In this document: piece by piece, positions 35,107 through 44,785 of the stretch
Numbering within the stretch: position 1 is the first letter of the stretch
How the letters are laid out: every line of letters begins with the position of its first letter
Assembly (NCBI GenBank): GCA_045159875.1
Contig: CP067995.1
Coordinates: 704,001 to 768,000, forward strand
Reading direction: 5' to 3'
DNA from: a cyanobacterium endosymbiont of Rhopalodia gibba
GTDB lineage: Bacteria; Cyanobacteriota; Cyanobacteriia; Cyanobacteriales; Microcystaceae
Length of the DNA: 64,000 bases
The notes under the pieces: generated by a model
The model's input: the letters and a program-made list of their open reading frames with translations, nothing else
Told to the model about the DNA's origin: nothing
The model's database searches: none
Program-made: the position numbers and the translations under genes

Positions 35107-37689
35107 TTATTCTTTTTTTTTGTGTATTCCTAGGATAATTCTACTATGTTTTTCAATCTGATTCATCACTTGCTTAGCCCGTTTAATCACAGAATTAGGT
35201 AATCCAGCTAATCTTCCTACTTCTATTCCATAAGATTTATCTGCACCCCCTGGACGGACCTGATGTAAAAAAATAATTTCATGGGGTAATTCTTCTACTG
35301 TCACTTGATAATTAGCAACATTAGAAAGAATAAATGCTAATTCATTCAATTCATGGTAGTGAGTCGCAAAAATTGTCCTTCCTTGAATTTCTGTCGCCAA
35401 ATATTCTGCAACCGCCCAAGCAATAGATAGTCCATCAAAAGTAGCGGTTCCTCGCCCTATTTCATCTAATAAAATCAAAGATTTAGCAGTTCCGTGATTT
35501 AAGATATTAGCGGTTTCATTCATCTCCACCATAAAAGTTGATTGTCCTGTAGCCAAATCATCTACTGCCCCTACACGAGTAAAAATACGATCACTAATTC
35601 CTAATTTTGCGGTTGTAGCTGGAACAAAACTTCCAGTTTGTGCCATCAATTGAATCAATCCTACTTGTCTTAAATAACAGCTTTTTCCACTGGCATTAGG
35701 ACCAGTTAAAACAATTAAATCAGGAGCATCATTGTCTTGACTCTTACCTATCAAGGTTGAATTAGGAACAAATACCCCTGCTGCCAAAGATTGTTCAACA
35801 ACCGGATGTCTTCCATCGATTATTTCTATTACCCTTCCTTTGATAACTTCAGGACAACAATATCCTTGAAAAACTGCTACTTCTGCTAACCCTGATAAAA
35901 CATCAATAGCTGCTACTGCTTTAGCAGCATTGCGAATTTTTTGAGCTTTTTCAGCTACTTTAGACCGTAATTCTGTAAAAACTTTGTATTCTAATTTATT
36001 AAGATCATCTTGTGCTGTCAAAATACGAGTCTCCCGTTCTTTTAATTCAGGAGTGATGTACCTTTCTTCATTAGTTAACGTTTGTTTACGAACATAATTA
36101 TCTGGGGCTAATTCTGCTTTACTACGAGGAAGACTAATATAGTAACCAAAAGTCTTATTGTAGCCAACTTTTAGATTAGATACTCTGATTTTCTGTTTTT
36201 CTGTAACTTCCAAATTAGCTAACCATTGACGATCATCTTTAAGACGATGACGGATGGCATCTAAGTCACTGTTAATACCATCCCGAATTACGCCTCCATC
36301 TTTTAAATTAAGGGGAGGAGATTCAACTAAATGGTCAATAACATATTTACCTAATTTTTCTAATTCAGGGGGAATTTTTTGCAAACTTTTTAAATAAGAA
36401 GAAGTTCCTTGAGAAGCTAATTCCACTAACTTGGTTAACCGTACTAAAGATTCAGCTAATGATAATAAATCCCGCGCATTTGCGCTTCCTGAACCTACTC
36501 TACCTGTAATCCTTTCTAAATCAGAAATACTACGTAATAACTGACGTAAGTCTTGGCGCAATGAAGGAGTTTCTACTAACTCTTTAACTGTATTTTGTCT
36601 GGCATTAATTTCTTCGATATTTATCAAAGGCTCTATTAACCAACGACGTAACGCTCGGCCTCCCATAGCGGTACAAGTACGATCCAAAGCCCATAATAAA
36701 GAACCATGAAAGGTTCCATCCCTTACAGTTTGGGTTATTTCAAGGTTACGACGAGTTTGGTGGTCCAAAATGAGGAAGTCAACTTGATTGTAAGTTCGTA
36801 GAGGTTGTAGGGGAATTTGATCTACTTTCTGGGTATCTTCGATGTATTCTAATAATCCCCCCGCAGCTCGAATTGCTAGGGCTAAATGTTCACATCCCAT
36901 TCCTTCGAGGGAACGAATACCAAAGGTGACTAAAAGCTTGGGTTTGGCTTGCTCTAAAGTAAAAGAGCTTTGTGATCGCAAGGAATAACAAAAACAGTTT
37001 GGCAACCCATCAATTAGATATTCCGATTGTTCTCCAGGACGCAATAAACTATTAACATTAGGAGCATTGCTAGGAACCAAAATTTCTGAAGGTTGTAGAC
37101 GTGATAATTCCAAATTTAAATTAGCTAATTCCTGTCCTTGAGTAGTAAAAAACTCCCCGGTTGAAATATCAGCATAGGAAAGTCCCCAATGTCCCTTCTC
37201 TACTACAACCGCTGCCAAAAAATTGTTCCGTTTGGCTTGTAGCATCCCATCATCTGTTAGGGTTCCGGGAGTGAGTAATTTGGTAACTTTTCTTTCTACC
37301 ATACGTCCTTGAGCAACTGCTTGAGAAGAGTCTTCTACTTGGTCACAAATAGCCAAAGCATAGCCTTTTTCTATTAACAAGCGACTATATCTTTCCAGGG
37401 AAAAGTGAGGAACTCCTGTCATGGCTATTCGACCAATTTCTTTTCCTCCATCTTTACTAGTTAACGCTAACTCTAATTCCTGGGAAACTATTACCGCATC
37501 CTGAAAAAAGCATTCAAAAAAATCTCCTACCCGATACACTAATAAAGCATTAGGATATTGGCATTTAACCTTCACGTAATGTTGATACATGGGAGTTAAC
37601 TTTTGGAAGTCAAGATTACGATAACTAGTGTGAGGAGATTTGCTTGTCCCAAGTTTTGATTGAGAATTAGAATCAGGAGAAATGGTCAT
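35107..37689 (-). CDS. mutS: DNA mismatch repair protein MutS
   Basis: TPMYQHY, GDFFECF, TGPNASGKS, STFMVEM, DEIGRGT, ATHYHEL, SYGIEV. Confidence 0.97.
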   Translation of the reverse strand: MTISPDSNSQSKLGTSKSPHTSYRNLDFQKLTPMYQHYVKVKCQYPNALLVYRVGDFFECFFQDAVIVSQELELALTSKDGGKEIGRIAMTGVPHFSLERYSRLLIEKGYALAICDQVEDSSQAVAQGRMVERKVTKLLTPGTLTDDGMLQAKRNNFLAAVVVEKGHWGLSYADISTGEFFTTQGQELANLNLELSRLQPSEILVPSNAPNVNSLLRPGEQSEYLIDGLPNCFCYSLRSQSSFTLEQAKPKLLVTFGIRSLEGMGCEHLALAIRAAGGLLEYIEDTQKVDQIPLQPLRTYNQVDFLILDHQTRRNLEITQTVRDGTFHGSLLWALDRTCTAMGGRALRRWLIEPLINIEEINARQNTVKELVETPSLRQDLRQLLRSISDLERITGRVGSGSANARDLLSLAESLVRLTKLVELASQGTSSYLKSLQKIPPELEKLGKYVIDHLVESPPLNLKDGGVIRDGINSDLDAIRHRLKDDRQWLANLEVTEKQKIRVSNLKVGYNKTFGYYISLPRSKAELAPDNYVRKQTLTNEERYITPELKERETRILTAQDDLNKLEYKVFTELRSKVAEKAQKIRNAAKAVAAIDVLSGLAEVAVFQGYCCPEVIKGRVIEIIDGRHPVVEQSLAAGVFVPNSTLIGKSQDNDAPDLIVLTGPNASGKSCYLRQVGLIQLMAQTGSFVPATTAKLGISDRIFTRVGAVDDLATGQSTFMVEMNETANILNHGTAKSLILLDEIGRGTATFDGLSIAWAVAEYLATEIQGRTIFATHYHELNELAFILSNVANYQVTVEELPHEIIFLHQVRPGGADKSYGIEVGRLAGLPNSVIKRAKQVMNQIEKHSRIILGIHKKKE

Positions 37690-37799
37690 AATTTAAATGG
37701 TCATTCATCTAGTTCAGAGTCAGTATTTTGGAGTTTCGGAGTAAAAATTTGTCATTTCCTCTATATTCCTATTAGGTAGGATCAGTCATAAATCCCTTA

Positions 37800-38549
37800 C
37801 TATGAGGAAATTTTTTCACACCCCTCGTGTTCCTTAAGTTCTAAGTCTTCCATTGCAACTTTGTGAGGTTCTATTGTTTTAGAAGATCGTTTGGAAAATC
37901 CCCAGAAAAATAACAGTGCTATAGTACTAATCATTAACCATTCAGGGGGGACAAAGTCAGTATTAATTACTCGTATTAAAAGTCTAACTCCAACTAACCC
38001 TACGGTAATAAAACCTGCATCTTCAAGATGAGTATATTCCTCTAACCAATGGATAAACAATTCGGCTAAAAACCTTAGCGTAATTACCCCAACTGTTCCC
38101 CCTAAAAGAATTAACCAAAGATCATCAGCAATAGCGATTGCAGTGGTCACACTATCAAGAGAAAACGCTAAATCTGTAATAGCAATTGAAGGAATCGCTT
38201 GCCATAACGATTGAGATTGTAAACTGTGATGATGTTCTTCTTCTTTTGGGAAAGTAAAATAATTGAACACCAACCACAGTAAATATAAGGCTCCCAATAG
38301 TTCAAATTGCCAGAAATTCATCACCCAAGTCGCCGTTGAAATTAGAGCCATTCGTAGAATATAAGCAAAAACTAAGCCTAAATTTAGAGCATCTTTTTGT
38401 AATTTTCTATTCGGTAATCCTTGAGCAATAGCAGCCAAAGCAATGGCATTATCGGCCGATAAAACAACCTCTAAAATAACGAGAACTAAAAATACTAGGA
38501 TGGTTTTGAGACTAAATATAAGGGAAGAATCGACAATCTGGTCTAGCAT
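37800..38549 (-). CDS. TerC-family integral membrane protein
   Basis: LEVVLSADNA, DLAFSLDS. Confidence 0.92.
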   Translation of the reverse strand: MLDQIVDSSLIFSLKTILVFLVLVILEVVLSADNAIALAAIAQGLPNRKLQKDALNLGLVFAYILRMALISTATWVMNFWQFELLGALYLLWLVFNYFTFPKEEEHHHSLQSQSLWQAIPSIAITDLAFSLDSVTTAIAIADDLWLILLGGTVGVITLRFLAELFIHWLEEYTHLEDAGFITVGLVGVRLLIRVINTDFVPPEWLMISTIALLFFWGFSKRSSKTIEPHKVAMEDLELKEHEGCEKISS

Positions 38550-38741
38550 TAAAAAATATTTACTAAATTGAGATTATTCAATGAGGGCATGAGCGCAAAA
38601 TCGAGCTAGAACCAAATCGATATTAATTTGATCCTTGTTTCATCATAAAGGATCTTCTCTCGGAAAAGTAAAGAGGGAAACTGAGGAGGGAAAGTATAAC
38701 CGGTCGGGTAGAAATTTAAGCCTACAATACGTTTAGGAAAT

Positions 38742-39520
38742 ATGTCACAATAGTCCAGAAAAATTTAATTTATTAGCAGTTTCGCTTAGTTTGCAGTACC
38801 AAACATTTTAATGGCTATTATCCAAGTTCGAGAAGCGGCGAGATCGGCTCTCAAAAACAAAATTAAAAGTATTTCAATTGAATTAGCTATATTTAAAATT
38901 ACCTTTCAATCCCAATCTTTCAACTTAGATTTTACCTCCATATTTAAAAATATATCAGGTCTAAAAGTAATTTTCACTGAGGCAGGTACTGTGGCTTTGA
39001 CTTGTCGAGATTGGGAAAAAACCTCCCTTTTGGTAACTGATTTTGGAAGTTGGATTAAATCATTAAAAACTCAGATTTTTGATCATAGAGTAAAGCTTTT
39101 TGATTGTTTCTCCTTCATCGGTGGAAGTGGAGATAGTGGAAAAATTGTGTAACTTAACAGATGATCACTTTGTAGTGTTATTAATTTCCCAAGTAGGAAG
39201 ATGTTCTCATTGTAGATATTGGCTATGTCGCCTATAAGATACAAAAACAGTTTCTAAGAAAACTAGTGCGTGCTATTTTAGAACATTAAATAGGGCTGCT
39301 ATCGTCTGTTCCCACTCTGCTCCTTGGAATGTGCACTCCAAAAAACTGGCTATCAATGTAATTGCTGAAGAACCCCAAAAAACTATGAAAGAAACCTTAA
39401 GATTAATGTTCTTTAAAGCCGTGCCTGAAAACGTAAACAATAATAACAGCTTTTTACTTCAAAAATTAGAAGTATTTACGAGTTTACGGTATTTTTTGTA
39501 AATTATAGCTCGATGAATTA
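38742..39520 (+). pseudogene. DUF1995-family protein pseudogene
   Basis: GLKVIFTEAGTVALTCRDWEKT, SPSSVEVEIVEK, LLISQV, IAEEPQKTM and VFTSL appear across several frames with stops. Confidence 0.85.
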
Positions 39521-39557
39521 GGAATTAGACAGAAGAATTAAGAGGGACTTAAAACTG

Positions 39558-40175
39558 ATGAATTCTAATCAGACTGTTTGGATTGCTAGACATGGGAATC
39601 GTCTGGATTTTGTTAACCCCGAGTGGTTTAATACGGCTGAATATCCTTACGATCCTCCCCTCTCTGAGGACGGGATTATGCAAGCTCAACAATTAGGAAA
39701 ACGGCTAAAATTAGAAAATATCGGACATATTTTTGCTTCACCTTTTTTAAGAACTATTCAGACTGCCCATCAGGTAGCGGAAATTCTTGATATTGAGATT
39801 AAACTAGAAGCAGGACTTGCTGAATGGCACAATCCGGAATGGATGAATGAACATCCAGCAATACACCCCCCCGACTATTTAAACAAAGAATATCCTCGGA
39901 TCAATTGGCATTACTCATCAAAATTTGTCCCCCAATATCCTGAAACTGAAACTAAAGTAATGCAACGAACAGGAGAAATCGTTAAACAATTAATTACTGA
40001 ATTCCCAGAGAATATCTTATTAGTCGGCCATGGGGTATCGGTGTTAGGAACAACTTGGGGGTTAGTAGAGGGAACCCCTAAAATTAGATCTCCTTTATGC
40101 TGTTTAGTTAAAGTTGTTTATGAAAACGAGCGCTGGCAATTGAAATTAAATGGGGACACTTCCCATTTGAATTAA
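39558..40175 (+). CDS. Histidine phosphatase (phosphoglycerate mutase superfamily)
   Basis: ARHG, DPPLS, SPFLRTIQTA, LVGHG. Confidence 0.92.
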   Translation: MNSNQTVWIARHGNRLDFVNPEWFNTAEYPYDPPLSEDGIMQAQQLGKRLKLENIGHIFASPFLRTIQTAHQVAEILDIEIKLEAGLAEWHNPEWMNEHPAIHPPDYLNKEYPRINWHYSSKFVPQYPETETKVMQRTGEIVKQLITEFPENILLVGHGVSVLGTTWGLVEGTPKIRSPLCCLVKVVYENERWQLKLNGDTSHLN

Positions 40176-40380
40176 AAAGAAAGTAGAACCAGCTTTTCTA
40201 GATAAAAAATGGTATTGCCGAACTTTTTTATAAAAACCCAAAATACACAGGTAAATTCAATTATTAGTAACAGATTTGCCAAAAGAAATAACTATTCCAG
40301 GAGGAGTGCTAAAGTAAGTTCTATGTTTAGCATGTTCTAGTTGATTTGTACTTATAGGACTAAATGCTCAACCTAGTAAT

Positions 40381-40404
40381 TTGTATTAAATTAATTTAAT
40401 ACAA
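40381..40404. repeat. Perfect 24-bp palindrome
   Basis: ttgtattaaatt|aatttaatacaa. Confidence 0.75.
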
Positions 40405-40777
40405 TGACAACTAAATTAAATATTAATCGTGAAGTGTTGATTAGAATAATGTTAAGACGTTTTTTCGATGAACATCCTACAAAAAATAGTTTATAAACTC
40501 AGAGAAGACATAATCTAGTGTTATTAGCTGTGTGGAACCTTTGGTTTCCACAATTTTGTGGGTTGAGTAGTCTTCGACACTCTTCGGTAAAAAATGAACA
40601 AAAACTAAGATAAATCTTTTTTATATTTATTGGTCAAGTCATACTTAGTTTAACTCAACCTAGATAATGTTTATTTGATCAATTGTGTACCAATTTAGCT
40701 GGTGATAATTAACTGATATACTGAAGTTTGTGGAGATTACAGTAGCTATTATTATTTGATCGAATCAAGTTACAGTA

Positions 40778-41290
40778 ACTATAACCCAGCGCAATGATAA
40801 CTTCATTCATAAAAGCTTTACGATAATAGCTGACATTTCTATCCAAATTTTAACAACTAGGAAAAGAGTCAAAAAACTTTTGTGTATCATCGTGATGGAA
40901 TGTACGCTCAAGTAAATGGAGAATATTCTGAGGCGTTAGACAATTATCATGGAGCTCTCAAGTTGGAAGCATACTGTAATGATCGTGGTTATATTTTCTA
41001 CAAAATTAACATAATTTATGCCAGCAATAGAGAGCAAACCAAAGTTCTAGAATACTATAAAAAATCTGTTGTTCTAACTCTATGTATGTCCTCAGATTGA
41101 GATAATATCGCTATTATCTACTACTACCAAGGAGAAAAAACTAAAGAAGGAGGAAAAAAAGCAGAAGTTTGATTTGATAAAGCAGCTGAATATCGTAAAC
41201 AAGTAATTCGTTTAGCTTCCAATAATTACACTGAAGTTTAAAATTAGTTTAAAATATCAAAACGTTCAGAAATGAACGTTTTGATATTTC
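40778..41290 (+). pseudogene. ycf3: Photosystem I assembly protein Ycf3 pseudogene
   Basis: TQRNDNFIHKSFTIIADI / [21 protein letters not shown] / NIAIIYYYQGEK / FDKAAEYRKQVIRLASNNYTEV; start lost, frameshifts and stops; next to gatC. Confidence 0.93.
41252..41289. repeat. Perfect inverted repeat, 17-bp arms with GAAA loop, overlying the last ycf3 codons
   Basis: aaatatcaaaacgttca-gaaa-tgaacgttttgatattt. Confidence 0.9.
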
Positions 41291-41324
41291 CCTTTTGAGT
41301 ATTCCCCATTTCTGGAAAAAATAA

Positions 41325-41621
41325 ATGATTAATCGCCAACAAGTTCAAAAAATTGCTCATTTAGCAAGATTAGATATAACTCCCGCGGAAGAAGAAGAAT
41401 TTGCCCCTCAATTAAACAGTATTTTGAAATATTTTGATCAGTTAAATGAACTTGATACCGAAAATGTTTCCCCAACCACTAGGGCAATCGAATTAAGTAA
41501 CATTACCCGCAGTGATAGTTCAAGTGTTTACAGTGATTGTGAATCTCTTTTAAAACAAGCTCCGGAACTAGAAGGAGACTTCTTCCGAGTTCCTCAAATC
41601 TTGAAAAGTGATGAAGAATAG
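41325..41621 (+). CDS. gatC: Asp/Glu-tRNA amidotransferase subunit C
   Basis: [36 protein letters not shown]. Confidence 0.96.
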   Translation: MINRQQVQKIAHLARLDITPAEEEEFAPQLNSILKYFDQLNELDTENVSPTTRAIELSNITRSDSSSVYSDCESLLKQAPELEGDFFRVPQILKSDEE

Positions 41622-41669
41622 TCCTTATAGAACTTTAAATTCCTAAGTTATATGTTATGCTGGTAATCA

Positions 41670-41761
41670 GCTCGGACCCATGCGATTGCAACGCCCAAAT
41701 CTTGTCAGGGCCGGAAGGTAGCAGCAACACGGGATGCTTGCAATAGGCGTGGACTCCGAGC
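41670..41761 (+). ncRNA. ffs: Signal recognition particle RNA (4.5S)
   Basis: Conserved domain IV motif tcagggccggaaggtagca; closing stem gctcgga/tccgagc; extended -10-like TGTTATGCT at 41653-41661. Confidence 0.93.
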
Positions 41762-41771
41762 CCTCGCTACG

Positions 41772-41881
41772 TGTATGGTGACATATTCTCTTCGTCAGTA
41801 GCAAATTAGCGTCATAGAAATGACTTAATTGTAGTTGTGAAATATTGCTGTCGTTCAGGGATTAGTGATAAATTAGTTTCA
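41772..41881. mobile_element. Degenerate Tn7-like transposon end (type V-K CAST left-end-like)
   Basis: Starts TGTATGGTGACATATT; about five degenerate GTGACAAATTA..GTC-like units, the first four spaced about 19-20 bp (gtgacatattctcttcgt, gtagcaaattagcgtcat, gaaatgacttaattgtagt, gtgaaatattgctgtcgt, gtgataaattagtttcat). Confidence 0.72.
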
Positions 41882-41899
41882 TTTAATAGAATATCTTAT

Positions 41900-42355
41900 G
41901 TTTGCTACGCCTCTTCGTAGTAAAGTGAACAATGAGAGTCTCTAAGTCTCATGACGTTGATTAGGCACATTTTCGGGATCTTTAAGGCATTTTTTAAAGT
42001 ATCTTTTCTAGTCTATCTAGATAGACTAGAAAAGATACTTTAATTGAGGATTTTAAAAGAACGTTCTACAATGCCTATCTCAGAAAAGCGATCATTTGAC
42101 TCCAGCATAAATCCTAGTGAAATCGTAATTTCGACTGAATGATTTGACCTAATATCCTTGCTCTTGTCTGTGAAGATATATCCGGGTAAACCATAATTAC
42201 TTTATTCACCATGAAGTCGATACTTCTCATAGTATTGTTTAAGTGAGATTGCGTTTCGTAAAGCTAAAATGATAACTCAAGAGTTAAGATTAAGCGCTAA
42301 GAGCATTGAGCTCTAGATTGAAGCCAACAACACAACGAGAATAACTATCGATCTT
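41900..42355 (-). pseudogene. tnsB: TnsB (Mu/DDE) transposase remnant, type V-K CAST-like
   Basis: KIDSYSRCVVGFNL..VIILALRNAISLKQYYEKYRLHGE*SNYGLPGYIFTDKSKDIRSNH..LGF..DRFSEIGIVERSFKILN..DLETLIVHF is collinear with the recalled cyanobacterial TnsB core IDTYSRC..ALRHAILPK..YGKPEHFYTDGGKDFRSNH..DRPSEGGVVERPFKTLN. Confidence 0.88.
41994..42043. repeat. Perfect 50-bp palindrome with no spacer, inside the tnsB remnant
   Basis: ttaaagtatcttttctagtctatct|agatagactagaaaagatactttaa. Confidence 0.95.
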
Positions 42356-42880
42356 ATGTGAAAGCTCTTTAAGATGTTTTATCTTTTCTTCGTTCTAAAT
42401 TTTTTATGATTATTTCATTTTCTGAGAAAAATTGTCTAGAAATTGTGTTTTATCAAATGGGATCTAACCTGTAACTTCTTTGATATTGAATCCTCATATA
42501 TTAGGAGATGATATTGCCACTACTGTTTTTAATATGGAGAGTTTTTAGGTGATAAGTCCACTTTGAATAGTTCTTAGTCTATTAGTTATGTTAGTTAACT
42601 TTTTAAGCAATTTATTATTTGAAAATTGCTTTTCCTTAATTACTTATTAATTCTAGGTTGACTTTCAATTACTTATTTAAGTTATATAAATTTATCTAAA
42701 TAAAAATAATTTTTATGATCAGCCTATTTTTAGCTATTAAATAATTATTTAGATAGATCAACTATATTTGAGGTATTTATAGTTTCTATCACTCAGAATA
42801 TTCTACGATTTTCAGTATTTACCCGGAAACTAAACAGATTAATGATACTCTTAAATTAAATAGATTAGTGATCCCCTTAG

Positions 42881-42918
42881 AGGGAAACTAGGGGGTAAAA
42901 ATACAACCTAGTTTCCCT
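42881..42918. repeat. Inverted repeat, 12-bp arms, upstream of the ABC operon
   Basis: agggaaactagg-(14 nt)-cctagtttccct. Confidence 0.7.
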
Positions 42919-43017
42919 TCTGTTGATCAATCATTCCTTCAACTGATAGTTGTTTTTCAGAAGTTATCGTCTTTTTGACATAATCGACATTTGATGTGAT
43001 TTTTTTATTCATTCACT

Positions 43018-43989
43018 ATGATTGAAGTTGAACGTCTGAGTAAAATTTATGGTTCCACCGCCGCTATCCAAGATGTGAACTTCACTGTAAAAACAGGAGA
43101 AATACTTGGTTTTCTAGGTCCAAATGGTGCGGGAAAAACTACCACCATGAGAATTTTATCGGGATATATTCCCGCTACCAGTGGAACTGCTAAAATTAGT
43201 GGCTATGATGTCCATGAACAGCCAATGGAAGTGAGACGGCGTATTGGCTATCTTCCCGAAAACCCTCCTTTATACCCTGATATAACAGTAGAAGGGTTTT
43301 TAATGTTTGTGGCAAGCATTAAAGGAATAGCAGCCGGAGATCGCCTTTCACGAGTCAAATGGTCGACAGAACGCTGTCAACTCGAAGATAAACGTAAGGT
43401 ACTTATTCGTAAACTTTCTAAAGGGTATAAACAAAGGGTAGGAATTGCTCAAGCGATTATTCACTCCCCCCCAGCTATTATTTTAGACGAGCCCACCGTC
43501 GGACTTGATCCGAAACAAATTATTGAAGTTCGCCATCTAATCAAGAGTCTAGCCGGAGAACATACTATTATTTTGTGTACTCATATCCTCCCTGAGGTTA
43601 GTATGACTTGTGATCGCGTAGCCATTATTAATAAAGGAAAAATAGTTGCTATTGATACCCCAAATAATTTAATGTCTCAATTAACTGAAAGTGGCGGATA
43701 TGAACTAGAAGTATCAGGAGATATTTATAGTATAAAATCTCTGCTGGAAGAGATTAAAGGTGTTTCTAACATTCTCATTAGAGATAAAGAAAACACGATA
43801 AATTCTCAATCAAATCACTATTTAGTTCATTTAACGGCTGATTTAAATATAGAACCAGGACGAGATATTGCAGCCTTAATTATTGACCGAGGGCTAGCCT
43901 TATATGAAATGCGTCGTACTCGTCCTACATTAGAAGATGTGTTTTTAAACTTGCTTACCGAAGAATCAGAAGTAGTAAATGACCAATAA
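43018..43989 (+). CDS. ABC transporter ATP-binding protein (GldA-like)
   Basis: GPNGAGKTT, LSKGYKQR, LDEPT. Confidence 0.93.
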   Translation: MIEVERLSKIYGSTAAIQDVNFTVKTGEILGFLGPNGAGKTTTMRILSGYIPATSGTAKISGYDVHEQPMEVRRRIGYLPENPPLYPDITVEGFLMFVASIKGIAAGDRLSRVKWSTERCQLEDKRKVLIRKLSKGYKQRVGIAQAIIHSPPAIILDEPTVGLDPKQIIEVRHLIKSLAGEHTIILCTHILPEVSMTCDRVAIINKGKIVAIDTPNNLMSQLTESGGYELEVSGDIYSIKSLLEEIKGVSNILIRDKENTINSQSNHYLVHLTADLNIEPGRDIAALIIDRGLALYEMRRTRPTLEDVFLNLLTEESEVVNDQ

Positions 43990-44779
43990 ATCTATGATTT
44001 TAGCTAATTTAACTGCCATTGTCCGTAAGGAGTTTCAAAGTTATTTTTATACTCCTTTTGCCTATATTATTGCAGCATTTTTTTGGTTGATTTCAGGATT
44101 CTTTTTTAATACAATTCTTGACCAATTGACCCAAGATATTAGCTTTCTCGAACAAAGTGGACAAATTTCCCAATCTGTTGATGTTGCCAGTCAATTTTTG
44201 GAAACCTTTTCCGGAGTCATCATTTCTCTGTTTTTAGTGCTTCTTCCTGCACTATCTATGGGATTATATTCCGAAGAACGTAGGCGAGGAACTTTAGAAC
44301 TTTTAGCTACTTCTCCAGTGAATAATTGGGTGGTCGCTTTTGGTAAACTTTTAGGAGTTATTAGCCTTCTTATCGTATTGATGGTTCCTATCTGGATCTG
44401 GGAAACTATTGTCTTCAGTGGCGCTAATCCTCCAGTTAGTCTACAAATTATTTTACTAACTCACTTGTCTTTATTCCTTATTTCTACAGCGATTTTATCG
44501 TTAGGAATGTTTGTTTCTTCTTTAACAGATAGTTCTATCTTAGCCTATATTCTCACATTTATTTTAATTCTTTTTCTGTGGATTATAGATTTGGTAGCTA
44601 ATAGTATAATTGAACCTTTCAGTAGCATTTTATTTCATCTTTCTCTTTTTGATAGTTATAATAATCTCGTTAGAGGTGTTTTAGAACCAAGTAGTTTGGT
44701 TCTATTTGCAAGTTATATTTTTATCGGTATTTTTCTAACGGCTCAATCTATAGAGATTTTAAGATTTCAACGAAGTTAG
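43979..44779 (+). CDS. ABC-2 type permease (GldF-like)
   Basis: Multiple TM segments, SEERRRGTLELLATSP; overlaps the upstream gene. Confidence 0.9.
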   Translation: MTNKSMILANLTAIVRKEFQSYFYTPFAYIIAAFFWLISGFFFNTILDQLTQDISFLEQSGQISQSVDVASQFLETFSGVIISLFLVLLPALSMGLYSEERRRGTLELLATSPVNNWVVAFGKLLGVISLLIVLMVPIWIWETIVFSGANPPVSLQIILLTHLSLFLISTAILSLGMFVSSLTDSSILAYILTFILILFLWIIDLVANSIIEPFSSILFHLSLFDSYNNLVRGVLEPSSLVLFASYIFIGIFLTAQSIEILRFQRS

Positions 44780-44785
44780 AATTTA

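Noticed and set aside
42780..42807. Candidate far transposon end with target-site duplication (ctacg at 42803-42807 matches 41767-41771)
   Set aside because: Not preceded by a recognisable ...CACTGTACA terminus, and a 5-mer match can occur by chance; left unassigned
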